64,000 nt of DNA from Psilocybe cubensis (GCA_017499595.2 CM039008.1:1302001-1366000), one strand, 5' to 3'; shown: positions 40,936-55,372, numbered from the stretch's first letter. Numbers and translations are program-made. The notes: generated from the letters alone by a model not told the origin.

Positions 40936-41910
40936 GCCATTTCATCGTAAACTACTACCCTGATGTTGATGCACAAGCGGTAGTATCTACGAAGTCGCAA
41001 ATAACATTTAATACACAAATACAATTCCGGCCTTCCAATTTGCTGGAGTTTTCTATGTCCAGGAGGGTCACAGCTCACAACAGATGCAACTTTGAATCTA
41101 TGTAGATACAGTGGGTCCTTCCAACGTCTATTGACGGCCTATGGGCACCTATGGCTCCCGGGTAAGCCTTAATTTTATGCTGCAGCTGGCAGTCGGTCTC
41201 CGGCCGGTCTTCATCTTAATTTTTATTACGAATGAATTGGGTTTGTATCTCCGTTCCTCTGGCATCTTACCCCTGAAAACTTAAGCAGCTCTCCCTCATG
41301 TTAGCAACCGTTTAGCTGAGGCCTATACATTTATTTTATTCTGCGTGTATTGGTATGAAATGTACACAATTCAGGGAAAGCTTGAAGGAGTTAAATAGAT
41401 ACCGTATGTGTTAAAATTCTTGGTTGGAGGCTGGCTTGCATTTTCACTAAGAATAGATTGGCAAATCTTCCATTCGGCCTGCGCCGCTGTCAGTCAAGTC
41501 TTTCTCATGTAAAGATAGAATTTATCAAGGGCAAGGGTTTAATTAAGTCGTTGGCGACTGGCATTGCCATAGCCAGAGTGGAATAGTGAATTGTGGTCGT
41601 GATCAGTGTACAGGGGCAGAGATTGGCGAAAACTGAAATATGAGAATTCAACTGAGTCAGTCCGCATTTAGCATCGCCCCTGCCATTATCTCATTGTAAG
41701 TGCGAAATGGATCATGCATCATGACTGATATAGAATTACCTAACAAACCTTAGTGTCCTGTATGAAGAAGGATAAAAGGGTAACGAAAAGAGCGTGGTGG
41801 CAGTTTCCTCCAACCGGGTTCGTATTTAACCTTCTTAGTCAAAGTCTTTTTCACCTTCAATGATCTTTAACTTTACACCATAGCAAGTAGAATCGGAAAA
41901 CCGACCCTCT

Positions 41911-43385
41911 ATGGGCCAATTTCTAGTTCGGATACGCCCTCGTTATCCAAATCCATGGACCAATCCGTTCACGATAACTGAGGACATGCTTCCCCCCATT
42001 TTACTTGCAGTTGTGGTTCGTGTTTCCTTTTCGTGATTAAAATATCATGCATATCAGCCTTTTCCTTGTAGGTGGAAGCGTTACTGTATGGTATGACGGT
42101 AAACTGAAGGTTTTCTGTTCCATGATCCTGACCACCATTCTGCGCCTTGAAATAGGAATGCACGTAATCCTCTTTTGTATATGCGTACGCGTCCTATGCG
42201 TTCGGAGACGGTGGATGCAAGTAGCGATGCTGGTGGCAGTGGTTGTCATGTTCTTGCTGTCAACAGCTGACATCGGCGTTACATGGAATTTACTTCTTCG
42301 CCACCAGAGACGGCTATTCCAATCAAACAGTATCCAATTATACAAGGCTATATACCCAAAATTTGTTATTTTTCTTATAAATAAGTAAGTACTTTTGACA
42401 CAGATGAAGGATCGACGAACTGACAAGCGTAGTTTTATTGCTGACGTCCTTCTGGTATGATCTTATTGCTCTAGGTCCTATTTTACAGAACCTTGACACC
42501 TTGTAGATAGCGAGATGCTACGTTGTCTGGGGGAACAGAAAATCCATTTTATTTGCATGTCTTGTATTGCTGTTAGTCGGGACAGGTAAGTGGACTGATC
42601 TACAACTAGAATGGTATGTCAACCGACCTTGACGAGCGCAGCTTTCGGAATCATAAGTGAAGGAACGACAACACCTTCTCTTAAAAGGTTCATCGCAGTC
42701 TTCATCCTGCTAGTGTTGGTTCTGAATGTAGGGATAACTCTGTTAACCGGTCAGTCAGTTCAACCAGTATTCGAATGCACATCTGACACGAGACTCAGCC
42801 GGAAGGATATTCTGGATTGCTAGAGAGGTCCGATCTGCCATGGGGCCCGAAATGATGTCGCACTACAATTTCGCAATCTGCATTTTGTCAGTTTCTTCTG
42901 CATAGCATCCCATACTAGCTAAGAAAGGTGTAGGATCGAATCTGGTGTGGTCTACACTGCTTCTACCATTTTGTTGTTTTGCCTGTCGCCCACAAAATTT
43001 GTTGTGAGTTTCATCCGACCCTTTTGTTGGAGCGATCCCTGATTCCCATACAGTTATTAGGAGGAATTATATCAATTCGTACAGTCGTTAGTATTACTCT
43101 TGCAAGTATAACTGAACGGGTCTGATGGTTGTACAGTGCATCATGCCTATTCTTCTTCTTGTACAAATAGCATTAGGGCAATCGATAAAAGACGTCGACT
43201 CCACCATTAGCCGAATAGAAATGGCGTCTACACCACCAGTTATACTAGACACCATTATTAGCAACAATGATCATGGGTGGGACACAAGCACTCACCCTCA
43301 ACATAGTATTGCATCTCATGCGGACGAGCGGAGGAAAAACGGCGGCATAGATACAATCGGAAGAGAAAGTTGTAGGGACAGCTAA
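41911..43385 (+). CDS. Multi-pass (about 7 TM) membrane protein, paralog 3
   Basis: VEALLYGMHVILF, MFLLSTAD, RCYVVWG, AGRIFWI, IESGVVY, IMPILLLVQIALG. Confidence 0.78.
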
Positions 43386-43592
43386 GATGTGATTTTTAAA
43401 ATGGGTTCTATTTCTTGTAGGGTAATAGAGCGCGAGTGTCAAAATACAGATCCGCGTGGAAAACGCAAAGGTGGTCGCGTAGAGGATGAATTCACCATAA
43501 ATCAACAGAGGCGAGTGCCAGCAACTCTTGGTACGAGGCGAAGCTGGCCAGAAAGAGCAATGAAAGTGACATCCATTCTTAAGAAAGCGACA

Positions 43593-43977
43593 TTATGAGC
43601 TCAGCAGTTGACCGACTTTGGTCTCTACTTCTGCAGCTGAAAGGTTGTCTAGTTCAACATGTTTCTCAACACCACGCTCTGTTGGAATGAAGTCAGTTGG
43701 CGTCCAGAGAGGTCGCACCAGATACATACCAAACCTCACAAAGACCCTGGCAGGTGTTCCGGAAGCCTCTCTAACCAATACAGGAAGATCTGGGTTGTGT
43801 TGCTTAATGATTGGATATTTCGACACGATGAATTGCCTGCATGAAAAGGTATTTGAGACTTTCCTATACATTACGTCGACAGACAACGGACCTGGTTCCC
43901 GCAGATGCCTGACCAGTCTGTGAGCACAAAATGCGAATCTCTCGGAGAGCCGGTGAGAAGGCCTTTGCGAAACTCAT
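43593..43977 (-). CDS. NDUFA2: NADH:ubiquinone oxidoreductase subunit B8/NDUFA2 (thioredoxin-like)
   Basis: Spliced MSFAKAFSPALREIRILCSQTGQASAGTRQFIVSKYPIIKQHNPDLPVLVREASGTPARVFVRFERGVEKHV...; two introns. Confidence 0.9.
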
Positions 43978-44188
43978 AATTGTAGTTCGAGACTGAGTGG
44001 AGAATACCGCCGACCTGTACGCGTTCGCGAGTGTCAGCTGGGAAAATGGGATTACGTAAGTAGTTACCACCTGATCCGCCAGTCAACAAGGGTTTCAACC
44101 CCTCGCCTTGTTTGCCCATCGACGACAACGACGAGCAAGTCTCCGTCTAGACGCTGGGATCGACGCGCTAGAATTACACAACGCAGTG

Positions 44189-45559
44189 ATGGACGACGAA
44201 AAACGACAACAGGATGACTGGGCCAATAGCAGGAAAAACAGGTTGCCATCGTTCACTGAGGTTCTATCGAGGAGGACACGGCCGCCTGTCGACCTTTTCA
44301 TGTTCTAGTGAGTACATGTTCTTTTCATAGAAACACCTCTTATCTAAAGTTCTTCTACTCAGTCTGTTTTTGCAACGTGAAGGAGCCGAAGACATCCTAG
44401 ATTTCTGGCTGGACGTTCAACAGCATGAAAATCTTTGTCGTGCGTATTTCAAGGACGTCCGAAAGTCCGGACGAACTATCAAGGAAGATTGGCCGCAATA
44501 CTGGGACTATGCTCGAAGAAGAGGCTCGATCTATGGAACTGTTGTCGGCTTGAGTGGGGATGGAGGCGGTACGAAAAGGAGCACAGCAAGCACTGGTGAA
44601 ATGTTATCTGAACATGACAAGCGCAATCTGGCTAGTCTCGGAAACGATGAAAAGGCTGGATACGGAGGTCGGTCTACAAGCCCTCGACCAAATACTGCTG
44701 CTGGTCATTCCGAAAATACTCGAGTAGCTTCTGCATCTCCCGTCGATGACCCCCCGCGTTCTTCGACACCATTCTCTCTGTCAGGTCGCACCCCAACGTT
44801 GTTCAACCTTAGGCGCGCCTCTCGTGCGCCTACCATCATTCCTCGCTCTGCTGCCATCTCCAGGCTCGACCTCATTGCTTCTGCTGAACGCATTTTCTAC
44901 CGTTATCTTTCGCCAGCCGGAAACACGGTCAATTCGCCGGAGAATCACGAAATTTATCTCCCGCCCGCGCTCAGAATCCACAGCTTTCCTCTGAGTAGCT
45001 CTCAAGAGCCCAAGTCGCAGACTGAACTTGCGTTGATGGCCCAAATACCCGATATTTTCCATGCGCAGAAGGAATACTGCTTCCGGGCGATGGAACAGGA
45101 TGCCTTCCCTCGTTTCCTCCGTTCGAAAGCGTTTGGAAATCTGACACCAATATCCGCCCTGGTCCGTCTCATTGCTGGTCTCATCATTTTGTGGATCGGT
45201 CTAGCTGCCGCGTTTTCACTCATCTTCTTGGACGTACAGCCCAAATCCAAACGTTTCTTCGTGAGTAATTCTCAATCAAACCGTGTTACACCCACGTTCT
45301 CATCGTTGATCTTAATCTTTAGCTCTTTATCCCCTTCTTTTTGGCGGTCCTGTTCCTTGTATCACATCAGTATGAGCTTGACCCTATCCTCGTATTCTTT
45401 GGCCAGTCTGAAACCACTCCTTTCCGCACACTCACCATTCGCGAGCCATATGTCAAGAAACTACTCATGGGTCGTGCCATCTGGGTCAGTGTTCTTGTGA
45501 CGGCGTTTATGACAGCCCTAACCCTGCTGTTCTGGGCTGTGCCTGGGCACCGCCTGTAA
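44189..45559 (+). CDS. RAX1: Rax1 RGS-domain polarity / bud-site selection protein
   Basis: RLPSFTEVLSRRTRPPVDLFMFYLFLQREGAEDILDFWLDV, AMEQDAFPRFL, three C-terminal TM segments, ends WAVPGHRL. Confidence 0.9.
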
Positions 45560-46181
45560 AACTCGAGGACCACGACCCAATTGCAACCATCCTCCGTTGT
45601 TCAGGACATTCAAGGAACGAAAAAGATTAAAGCATAGAGAAGACAATCCCCCCAGACAAATCGCTAACAAGTATTCAGCTACCTTCCTCTGGCTCGCCAT
45701 TTTCTCCCTGTTAATTTTTGCCTTGTTCCTAAATTCCTATCCACACAAGTATTGGTCAAAATCCCTTTCACTTCCATACATACCATCCTCTTGTTCATTT
45801 ATGACATTTCATGCACCTGGATGATACACATATCAATCCACCTTAATACTTATCATCTTTGGCCTTTCTTTACTTATTGTCGTACATTTTTTGAAATCTC
45901 GTTTCTTTTTTTATCCTTCTTTCTGTCTCTCTAAGTAGCTTCCTTTGGATACCCGTCTCTTCGATACTCAAGGCATAGCAATATAGGTGCTTGACCTTTC
46001 ACCCGCTCCTTATCATTTTTTCATCTACTCTACTCTTTTTCTCACTATCTCTTACACATCGTTCAATTATGTACCGCCTTATGAAATATGAACTGGAGCT
46101 TGTACACTGTGATTCCCCGTTGCAGGGACAGGTTTGTTATAGCAGAAAACGAATAAAACCTCGACTTCTGTATCATTGTGC

Positions 46182-46205
46182 AAAAAAAAAAAAAAAAAAA
46201 AAAAA
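46182..46205. repeat. Poly(A) tract (~24 nt) between convergent RAX1 and CAR1 3' ends
   Basis: Homopolymer read directly. Confidence 0.9.
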
Positions 46206-46236
46206 GACCAATGGGGTGGGAAAGGTGGTGTCGAGC

Positions 46237-49200
46237 TCAGAAAAGTTGAGTGTCCTTCCAGTACTTGATCCAGAGCGATGCATCCGCCTGCTCAAGAGGC
46301 GATAACGCCCCCACCGTCTCGCTAATGGACGCTATCTTCGCAGTAGAGAACGTCGCCAAACCACCACTCTCGACCGTGTCGTCACCCTGTTTGCGCAGTA
46401 TCTCGTCCATCTTCGCATTTAATCGGAAGAAATCGAGGAGTTTAATGGCAGGCTAAGTGGTACCACATCAAACGGTCAAACAAACACATCGTTAGTGCCC
46501 ACAATAAAATAATGGATGCTAGCGTGGTGCTAACTTACAATATCTTTTAGAACCTGATCTGATCCAGAGTTACCCGCCGCCGCCACCTTCTCCAAAAGAG
46601 CGAACCACTCCTGGAAAGTTACAATTGGAAGTGGTGCCTTGACGGCCCCCTCTTGAACCAGAGCTTCGTTTATGAATGAGAAAACGGTGTCCCACGAGAT
46701 CGGACGGGGGTGCACGATGTTCAGAGCTGGCTCCGCAGTTGCCAACGATGACCAGGCCACATCGAGGATAGCTTGCGACACAGCATGCATAGGAAGCCAA
46801 GAAACAACCTGCAGTAAATTGAAACTTAAATGAGCATCCGGAAAGCACATTTTAGAGAACGAGGTCAACGCACGCCAATTGCTGAAGGAAGTGCGCCTAA
46901 TGCTATGCTTGATTTTAAAAGGATTGGCACCCAGTCCGTTGTCGCCCATGCGCCGTTCGGTGCGCCTCCTGTGATCTGTCCAATCCTGAACGATGTTGCT
47001 TGCAAACCACTTTGAGCCAAAACCTAATAAATTCACTGCGTTAATGTCCAGGAAGGATGCAGAAGGGGAAAAAATAATTCACCCTTTCAGCCACATATTT
47101 ACTCTCGCCGTAGCCATTACCCACAGCATACCGGGAGTCCGTGACAACCTCTTCAGGATACGGTCCATGAGTCTTGTCCCATGAATATGCGGATGAGACA
47201 GAAGATGTAAAGAGGAATTTGACCGAAGACCCGAACCGACTTGCGCGAGCAAGATCAATGAGGTTGCGTGTCCCTTGCACATTGGGTTCAAATGATGGCA
47301 ACGACTGATTGAAATCCAGTTTCCATGCATTGTGGATGATGATCGTGACAGAGCTGAGAAGCTAGAAGCGCCTTCGATTACTAGAACCACTGGAAAATCC
47401 ACAAAGTTCAAAGCATACCTGATCGTAAACCTCACTCGCTAGTCCAAGGCCCTTCTGTGATGCATCCCCTTCTAGTAACACAAGTCGCGGTGACTCAAGA
47501 AGTGTTATATCGAGCCCTTTGTCAACAAACCGCTCGACATGTCTCTCCTTCAATGTTTTCGTGTTCATCCCGGATGCCCGATTGAGCGCATACACCCGAG
47601 TGGCCCTCGAATTTCGCAACAGTGCTTCCAGAATCTGTGCCCCAAGGTTTCCAGTAGATCCAGTGAGCAAGACAACCACTTCATCCACATTCCCTGCACC
47701 CAACTGTTGAACTGGCGCAGAAAGGCCTGTCGAAAATTTGTTGATCATAGCATCAATGGCATCAACCCTGTTGGAGCTAAGGACAAAACCGTCCGGGTCT
47801 GCAATGATGCCAACTAGGAACTTGGCCAGCTTTTCGACGGATGGATTGTTGTAAATCGTCGATTGCGAGACGAGTTGGGATGCTTTCAGAGTTTCGTCGT
47901 TCTTCATTGCACTGACGATGCGCCTACGAAGGATTGTGGCTCCTAGGCTGCATACGCGAACTATCGGTAAGTAGCTTAATTGATAGAATACATTACATGG
48001 CATACCTGTCCACACCCTGATAGAAGAAATCATCCACAACAGAGATTGACTGTCCAGATCTAACTTCCTCCACTTGGTTCTTCAGCCACGCGATGGTACT
48101 TTCGATATCCCATGATGACGGTGGCACAACGCGTCCTCCATCCACCGTCGCATTTACTTGATCGTAGCTAAGGTATTCAGTCAGCAAGACATCCAGAAAG
48201 GCAAATCGCTACGAAATCGCACATGGCATCGATTTCAGGGGCGTATATACTGACAGCCGCTTTCCTCATGACAGTGCCCTTTCCCGCTCTCGGAAGAGGC
48301 TTCTGGGGAGACGTTATCAAGATCAACTCTTTGAATATTCTACTGAATGCCGGGGCGACTTTGTTTGCCTCTTCCACAATTGGCCTGGAAGCAGGTAGCG
48401 TCAACCGAAGAATTACTGTCACCAGCGACAATGGCAGACCTACCAAAGCATGTTGCGCATTTTGATAAGCTCGTCCTCGTTGCTAGGGTCAATCGCAAAC
48501 GCAGGCTTCAACTCAATGAGCACACCAGCCTGCTCTCGCTCTCGTCCAAACATGACCGTGCCCATGATGCTGAGTATACGCTCGTGATTAAAATGTCTGT
48601 ATTATTTTAACGGAATGACGTACTATGGGCTGCTCATGAGAACGTTTTCTATGGGAGCTGGGACAGTCTTTTCTCCAGATGTATGTACGATCACATCGTC
48701 TTTGCGCCCGACACTGCAAGCTGTCAGCTGTCATGATACACTTAAGAGGGGGCAACTCACATTTTCCATAGGTGGGATTTGGTCGGGTGTGGAACCCACA
48801 AATCTGAACTTGCGTACCCTCGAGTATCAGGAAGGTTCTCCACCGCAACGTGATGAGTGTCACAGGTCTAGGGAAGATACATTTAGAAAGCAGCCATCTA
48901 TAACTGTCGGATAAACGCACCAATAGCTGAAGCTCATAAGTGCCATCTCCTTGAGGATCCCAGCGTATTTTAACGGAATCGGCAAACTCCATATAATCCC
49001 ATTCCTTGCTGTCCTCTTCGCGGCGGTAAAACATGGTCGGTGCACCAATTTCCGTGGTACCGTATACCGCAGAAAGGTATACACCGGACTCGGTCAAAAA
49101 GTTTCCTAGGCTGGATGGCAACCCTCCCCCAGAGTAAATCTATTTCCAACTGAGCGAAAACGATAAAAATAAACCCAAGCATGCTTACAACGAAGTCCAG

Positions 49201-50211
49201 ATTACCCAAAACATGCAGTGCTTCCTTGTCTTTCGCCCACACTTGGAGAAGCGCAGGTACTATAATGAGACCTCTCGCTCCTGTACGTTTGATGTGATCC
49301 ATCAGGTTATCAGGGCTGGGGATCATTGGCTGCCCAGTAGGTGTAGTGACAATTGGCGGGTACAGGCAGATAGGCTGCACTGCAAAATAGCCGATCATGA
49401 CCTGAACCATAATGCCCATCGTATGGAACGACGGCAAAGCCATAGCAGCCATCTGACTCTTGCAATCTGTGATAGATGCTAAAGAAGACATGTCAGAATG
49501 TGATCTTTAGAGAATGGTGGACTACTCACGCAACTTTGACCACTCCATTAGAATTCTAGTGGTTTGGGCTATCGTTTTCGGCATGCCCGTGCTTCCAGAC
49601 GAGTGAATGTACATCGCAACCTCATCCATGTGTGCCCGAGGGCCCTGTGAATATGGTTCAAATGGGTCGTCCAGCTTTTCATGGCCAAGTCTGGGGAAGA
49701 TGTCAAAGAGCGGAGGAGCCTCTTCAATTACCAGAGATGGAAGCTCTGCTTTGATTTCGTCGAGTAGAGGGCGAAGTGTCTCTTGGGTAGTGATAAGTCT
49801 GTGGCAGGATGTTTCATTCAGCAACTTGACAATGGCAGCAGGGGTGTTACGAGGAGACATTGGGTAGGGCTGATAGACGTCATCAACTCATACTCGCGAT
49901 ATTGTGAATCCTGAACTAACCACTAGCCCTGCCCTCATGATGCCCACAACTATAGCCAAGTAAAGCAAAGAATCGGACAGGGCGACGACAGCAACTACTT
50001 GAGGATCGGGACCACCCTTTCGTGGCCTGAGGTGATGCGCAACCCGGTCGGCAGCACGTCCGAATTCCAAGTACGATATGTTGGTGACATCTGGGTTCCC
50101 ATCTTCGGAGAAAACGTAGACAGGTCTGTATGTGTTGTGCTTGCTGTGAAAGTCGATGGCCTCGACTAGGGTCATAGACTCGTTGGCAGGAGGATGGATT
50201 CCTGGTTTCAT
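46237..50211 (-). CDS. NRPS-like carboxylic acid reductase (A-T-R), copy 1
   Basis: A: HSSGSTGMPK, PSFHTMG, YGTTEIG, GRKDD, SGEKTVP, RAGKGTVMRK; T: FFYQGVDSLGAT; R: LLTGSTGNLG, HNAWKLDFN, GYGESKYV. Confidence 0.93.
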
Positions 50212-51160
50212 GGTTTGCACGTCGAAGGTTATAGAGATAGTCGTTGACTTAGTCTGGTATATATATATATATAGGATATAATTCAATACATTAATAACAG
50301 ATTGGTGAATTGAGCTAGATGATTCCTGGCCAATATTTATCTTTAGCATGTATTACTAGACAGAATGCGTTCTGAATCAAACTTACTATGTGCACCCATT
50401 TCCCTACTAGTTGGTATGGTTGCGGGTATGGTTGCAGGTACGTCCTGGGCAGGAAGAAAAAAGTTGATAATGCATTTGGTGTAATGTGCACACAAAAGAT
50501 ATTTGTTGTAAGAAAAAGGCGTAGAAGATTTGAAGACGAGTTAACATGAACGTAGCGACTGACGAGTTCCGGGGTCCTCTGACCCCACAGACCTTCGCCC
50601 ACATATTTATACTAACTGGGGATAGTACAAATATATCGCCTCGGCTCGGCCTCAGTAAACCATCCCAGTCACCAACTTGCGAACCTTGAATCACCGACCA
50701 AGCTGGAATAGTATCTGCGGGTATTGCATAGCCGATGGCTACACGATAATCACGGAGGAAGAAGGAGCCTTGAATGTTTTTAGATACAACTGAGCGCTTG
50801 AGCTCTTGATCCTTGAGCCAGTCGTGCGCGGTCTTGGGCGGCAATGACAAAGTAAGGAGCTTCGTGATCGCTCAAAAATACATTAAGTCTCCGGTCATGG
50901 CCCTTTTCTACCTAAAATCCCACTCAGAGACATGACTTTTGGTCGTAACAATAAATATTACTGTGGCAGGATAACCACCACATCATATTAGTATTAGTAT
51001 ACATTACCCTATTCTACAAAAAATCGAAATCCCGAGTCCCAGAATAAGTTAAAATGCGATGATGATGACTGTGGTATGTATGTAAGATGCATGGTATAAC
51101 CCAAAGAAGGAGGGGAAAATGTGGAAGAATGCGTGAAAAATCCAGACAATAACAAACACC

Positions 51161-54100
51161 TCAAAAAAAGCCAGAGTTCTTCCAATACTTAACCCACATA
51201 AGCGCATCCTGGTTGTCTAACGGCTGGAGTTTATCCACCGTATAACTAATACTGGCCATCTTCTCCGTCGTAAATGTCGCAAGCCCACCCATCTCTCTGC
51301 CAGTACATTGAGAATCAGCAGCTGCACGCGAGCGGAAGAAATCAAGCAGCTTGATTGCAGGCTACAGAACAAAGCGCATATATTTAGTATTCCGATGAAA
51401 CCGACCAGCAAGAATAAGATTGGAAACAATGCTTACAATATCTCTTAATGTCTTCTGCTCTGTACACCCTGCCGCCTTCTCCACAAGGCCAACCCACTCC
51501 TCAAAGCTTACAGCACGCAGTGGGGAAGGCAAAACACCCTCATTAACCAGCGCGTCGTTGATAGATGACATCACCGCGTTCCATTGTACGGGGCGCGGGT
51601 GTACGAGGTTAAGCGCCGTCTGCTGGACACTCTCATCCGCCCAAACAACATCCAGAATGGCCTGCGAAACGGCATTTAGGGGGATCCAGGACGTCACCTT
51701 GAATAAAGACCGAAAAATAAACACCCATACATAGCGGTATTAGGGCAAAAAGGGGGGACTTACTCCTACAGCAGTGGGAAGTGCGCTGAGCCGTACACTA
51801 GACTTGACCAGTATCGGTACCCAGTCGCTCGTTGCCCATGCCCCGTTTGGCGCGCCGCCTGTGATCTGTCCGATCCTCAACGAGGTCGCATTCAGTCCAC
51901 TCTGCGCGAGTATCTAATTGATACAACGCAGGAAGATCAGAATCCATCCAAAATAATAACAAAACGATCGAAAAAACTCACCCTCTCAGCGACATATTTA
52001 CTCTCCCCATACCCATTCCCCACTGCATACCGCGAATCCAGGACAATCTCTTCTGGATATGCGCCTAGACTCTGATCCCAGGATGCCGCACTCGAAATCG
52101 ACGACGTGAACACAAATTTGAGTGCAGCAGCATGCGCACTTGACCGCGCCAAATCAACTAGGTGCCGCGTCGCTCGTACATTCGGTTCAAACGAGGACAG
52201 AGACTGGTTGAAGTCGAGCTTCCACGCGTTGTGGATTATCGTCGTTACCGAGCTGCGTAGCTACAACAAAGCGAAAAGAAATAGACAAAAAAAGCAATTA
52301 GCCTTCATTCTTTTCGAAACCAGGAAAAAAAAATTACCTCGTCATACACTTCCTGAGTGACCCCTAAATTTCTCTGAGCCGCGTCACATTCCAACGGCAC
52401 AAGCTTCGACGAGCTCAACAGCGTCACATCCAGCGACTTATCCTCAAACCTTTCCGCCTGTCTCTGGCTCAGCGACACAGACGCAGGCCTATCAAGGGTA
52501 TACACCCTCTGCACCCTCCCATCTCGCAACAGCGACTCCAAAATCTGTGCGCCGAGGTTCCCCGTGCTCCCCGTTAGCAGCACGACCATGTTCCCTTTAT
52601 CGACAACGGCAGACCCCGAACTCGATTCAGCCTTGTGTGTAGCAGTCTCCCCCAAGCCAACAGTATACTTCCCAACCATCGCGTCCACAGCGTCAGCCCG
52701 ACTTGCTACGGCCACGAATCGCTCTGGGTCTTGCACCACACCCGCCACAAACGCCGCGAGCTTCTCGATGCTAGGATGCGCATATATCGTTGTCTGCGTA
52801 ATAAGCTGTGCAGCTTTAAGAGTCTTTGCCTCGGAATCATGATCAGAATGGGAGCCAGAGCCTGACGCCATCGACATGGCGCCGACGATGCGACGACGCA
52901 GGATAGTCGCACTCAGACTATTGAGTGGATTAATCGTCAATACACGTCAAAGAAAGGATATGGGAGATGAGGCACCGTACCTGTCCATCCCCTGCGCAAA
53001 GAAGTCGTCTGACACCGAGAACGGTGTATCGTCCGAATCTGAAGACTGTATATCCTCGATTTGATCCTTCAGCCATTCAATCACACCGTCCACATCCCAA
53101 GACACGGGCAACACGGCGCTATCGCTCTCCGCTGCATCATCTACCTCCGCATATCTAAAGAATTTGAACAGAACATGAGCGCCAAGGCCTCATATTGGGC
53201 GACTAGACTCACATATCATCAACTTCCTGCGCATACACCTCCAGCGCGGCCTTGCGCATCACCGTGCCTTTACCCGCGCGTGGAAGTGGCTTATTTGGCG
53301 ACGCGATCAAAATCATCTCTTTGAAAATTCGACTGAACGCTGGCGCGACCTTGTTCGCTTCTTCCACTATAGGCCTGTACCCAGCAATGTCAGAAATCAA
53401 AATCCATTGATTTGGATGTTTATAGCATGACGTACCAGAGCGCATTGCGCGCAGCGACAAGATCATCCTCATTTGTCGGATCAATAGCATATGCTGGCTT
53501 CAGCTCGATAAGCACACCGGCCTGGTTCCGTTCGCGACCAAACATGACGGTTCCCATAATCCTACGCGCGAAAAAAAAATAGCATCAGCAATTTTGGTAA
53601 AAATTACAGACACGAAAAGGACGCACAAAGGACTGCTCATCAAAATATCTTCCATCGGCGCTGGCACCGTCTTCTCGCCAGAGGTATGCACAATGACGTC
53701 GTCTTTGCGCCCAACACTATTTTTCAATCAAGTAAGGCATAAGGCAACGACTGTCAGTAACACAATCCAAATTACCGGTGTGCGTGCCTTGCACAGCACT
53801 GGTTTGACGTGAATAAATGATCGACGACGTACATTTTCCACAAATAGGGTTTTGTTGGATGCGGCACCCATAAGTCCGAAGTGGCATATCCCCGTACGTT
53901 AGACAGGTTTTCGACAGACACTTGATGCTTTGCCGAGGACTGATCACGATGGATGATGCAAATCGACACACAACGACAAAACCGATAACAACAAACCCAA
54001 GAAAGGAATGATAATGATAATGATCAAAATCAGGTCAGTTCAGCCTTCAATTTTTTGTAGTGAAACGATGAAACGATTGTACTGACCAAAAGCTGCAGCT

Positions 54101-55372
54101 CAAATGTCCCGTCACCCTGCGGCTCCCAGCGCACGTTCCCCGCCTCCCCGCTGAACTCGACGTACGCCCACTCCGCCTCATCTCCCTCCCTTCTGAAAAA
54201 TCTGCTAGGCGCGCCGAACTCCGTCGCTCCATATACAGGGGTAATATACACCCCCGCATCAACCATCGCATCGCCCAGGCGCGAGGGCATCGAGCCTCCT
54301 GAAAAGCCGACATACTCGAGGCCCGCGAGGATGCTCACAGCGGCTTTATCCTGACCCCAGATCTGCAGCAGGGCAGGGATGATCATGAGCCCGTTACACC
54401 CGCTCCGTGTGAGATGCTCGAGGATGTTGCCAGGTGTAGGCGCCATTGGCAGCTGAGATGGTGTGCGTGCGATTGGCGGGTACAACCCAACGGGCTGCAT
54501 CGCGTACAGGCTGCAGAGAAGTTGCACGATAATACCTAATGTGTGGAAGGGTGGGAGGGCCATGCCGCCCATTTTGAGGCCAGGGCGTCTGTTGTCCATC
54601 ACGGGCGCTACAAAAGTGGCGGATCAGTTGAAGATAAGATTGCTAAGAATACAAAAAAAAAATTTACGCAAGCTGGCCCAGTGAACCATTGTCCTGAAAG
54701 TTTGTGGGATCGTCTTTGGCCAGCCCGTGCTCCCGGATGAATGAAGATACATCAACACTGCGTCTAGCGGAGGGCGGACCTGCGCCTTCGGGTAAGGCAA
54801 AAATGGATCCTCGAGCGTCTCGCGGCCCAGGAGCGGGAAAATCTGGGCGAGCGGCGGTGCCTCCTCGATGTCGAGCGTATAGCTCGTCGAAGCGAGTTCC
54901 GCTCTGATGTCATCGATGAGCGGCCGCAGGGTCTCGCGCGTAGCAATGAGCCGATGGCACGAAGTGTCTTTCATGAGTTTGACGATCGCTGCGCCGGTAT
55001 TGCGAGGCGACATCGGGTAGGGCTGGCCATCACTCCGGTTAGCAGCAGATTATCTCGAAAATCTCTCGCAAAGCTTACAATTAATCCAGCGCGGAGGATG
55101 CCCATGGTGATCGCTTGATACAGTAGCGTGTCCGAGAGTGCGACAACCGCCACGACCTCGCTGTCGGCTCCGCGGCGCGCAGGTCGGATGTGGTGGGCAA
55201 CGCGGTCTGCAGCACGTCCGAACTCGAGGAACGATATTTGGGTTGGATCGGAGTCTGCATTCTCTCCGGCAAAGACATACGCAGGCGCGTAGGTGTTGTG
55301 CTGGACGTGGAAGTCAAGCGTCTCTGGAAGCGTCACTGAGCCATCGACGGGGGGGAAGACGCGCGACTCCAT
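51161..55372 (-). CDS. NRPS-like carboxylic acid reductase (A-T-R), copy 2
   Basis: A: HSSGSTGWPK, PPFHTLG, YGATEFG, GRKDD, SGEKTVP; T: FFAQGMDSLSAT; R: LLTGSTGNLG, GYGESKYV. Confidence 0.93.

Noticed and set aside
46237-55372. LYS2 aminoadipate reductase or a true multimodular NRPS
   Set aside because: No N-terminal ADA/condensation-like domain or C domains; the architecture is plain A-T-R
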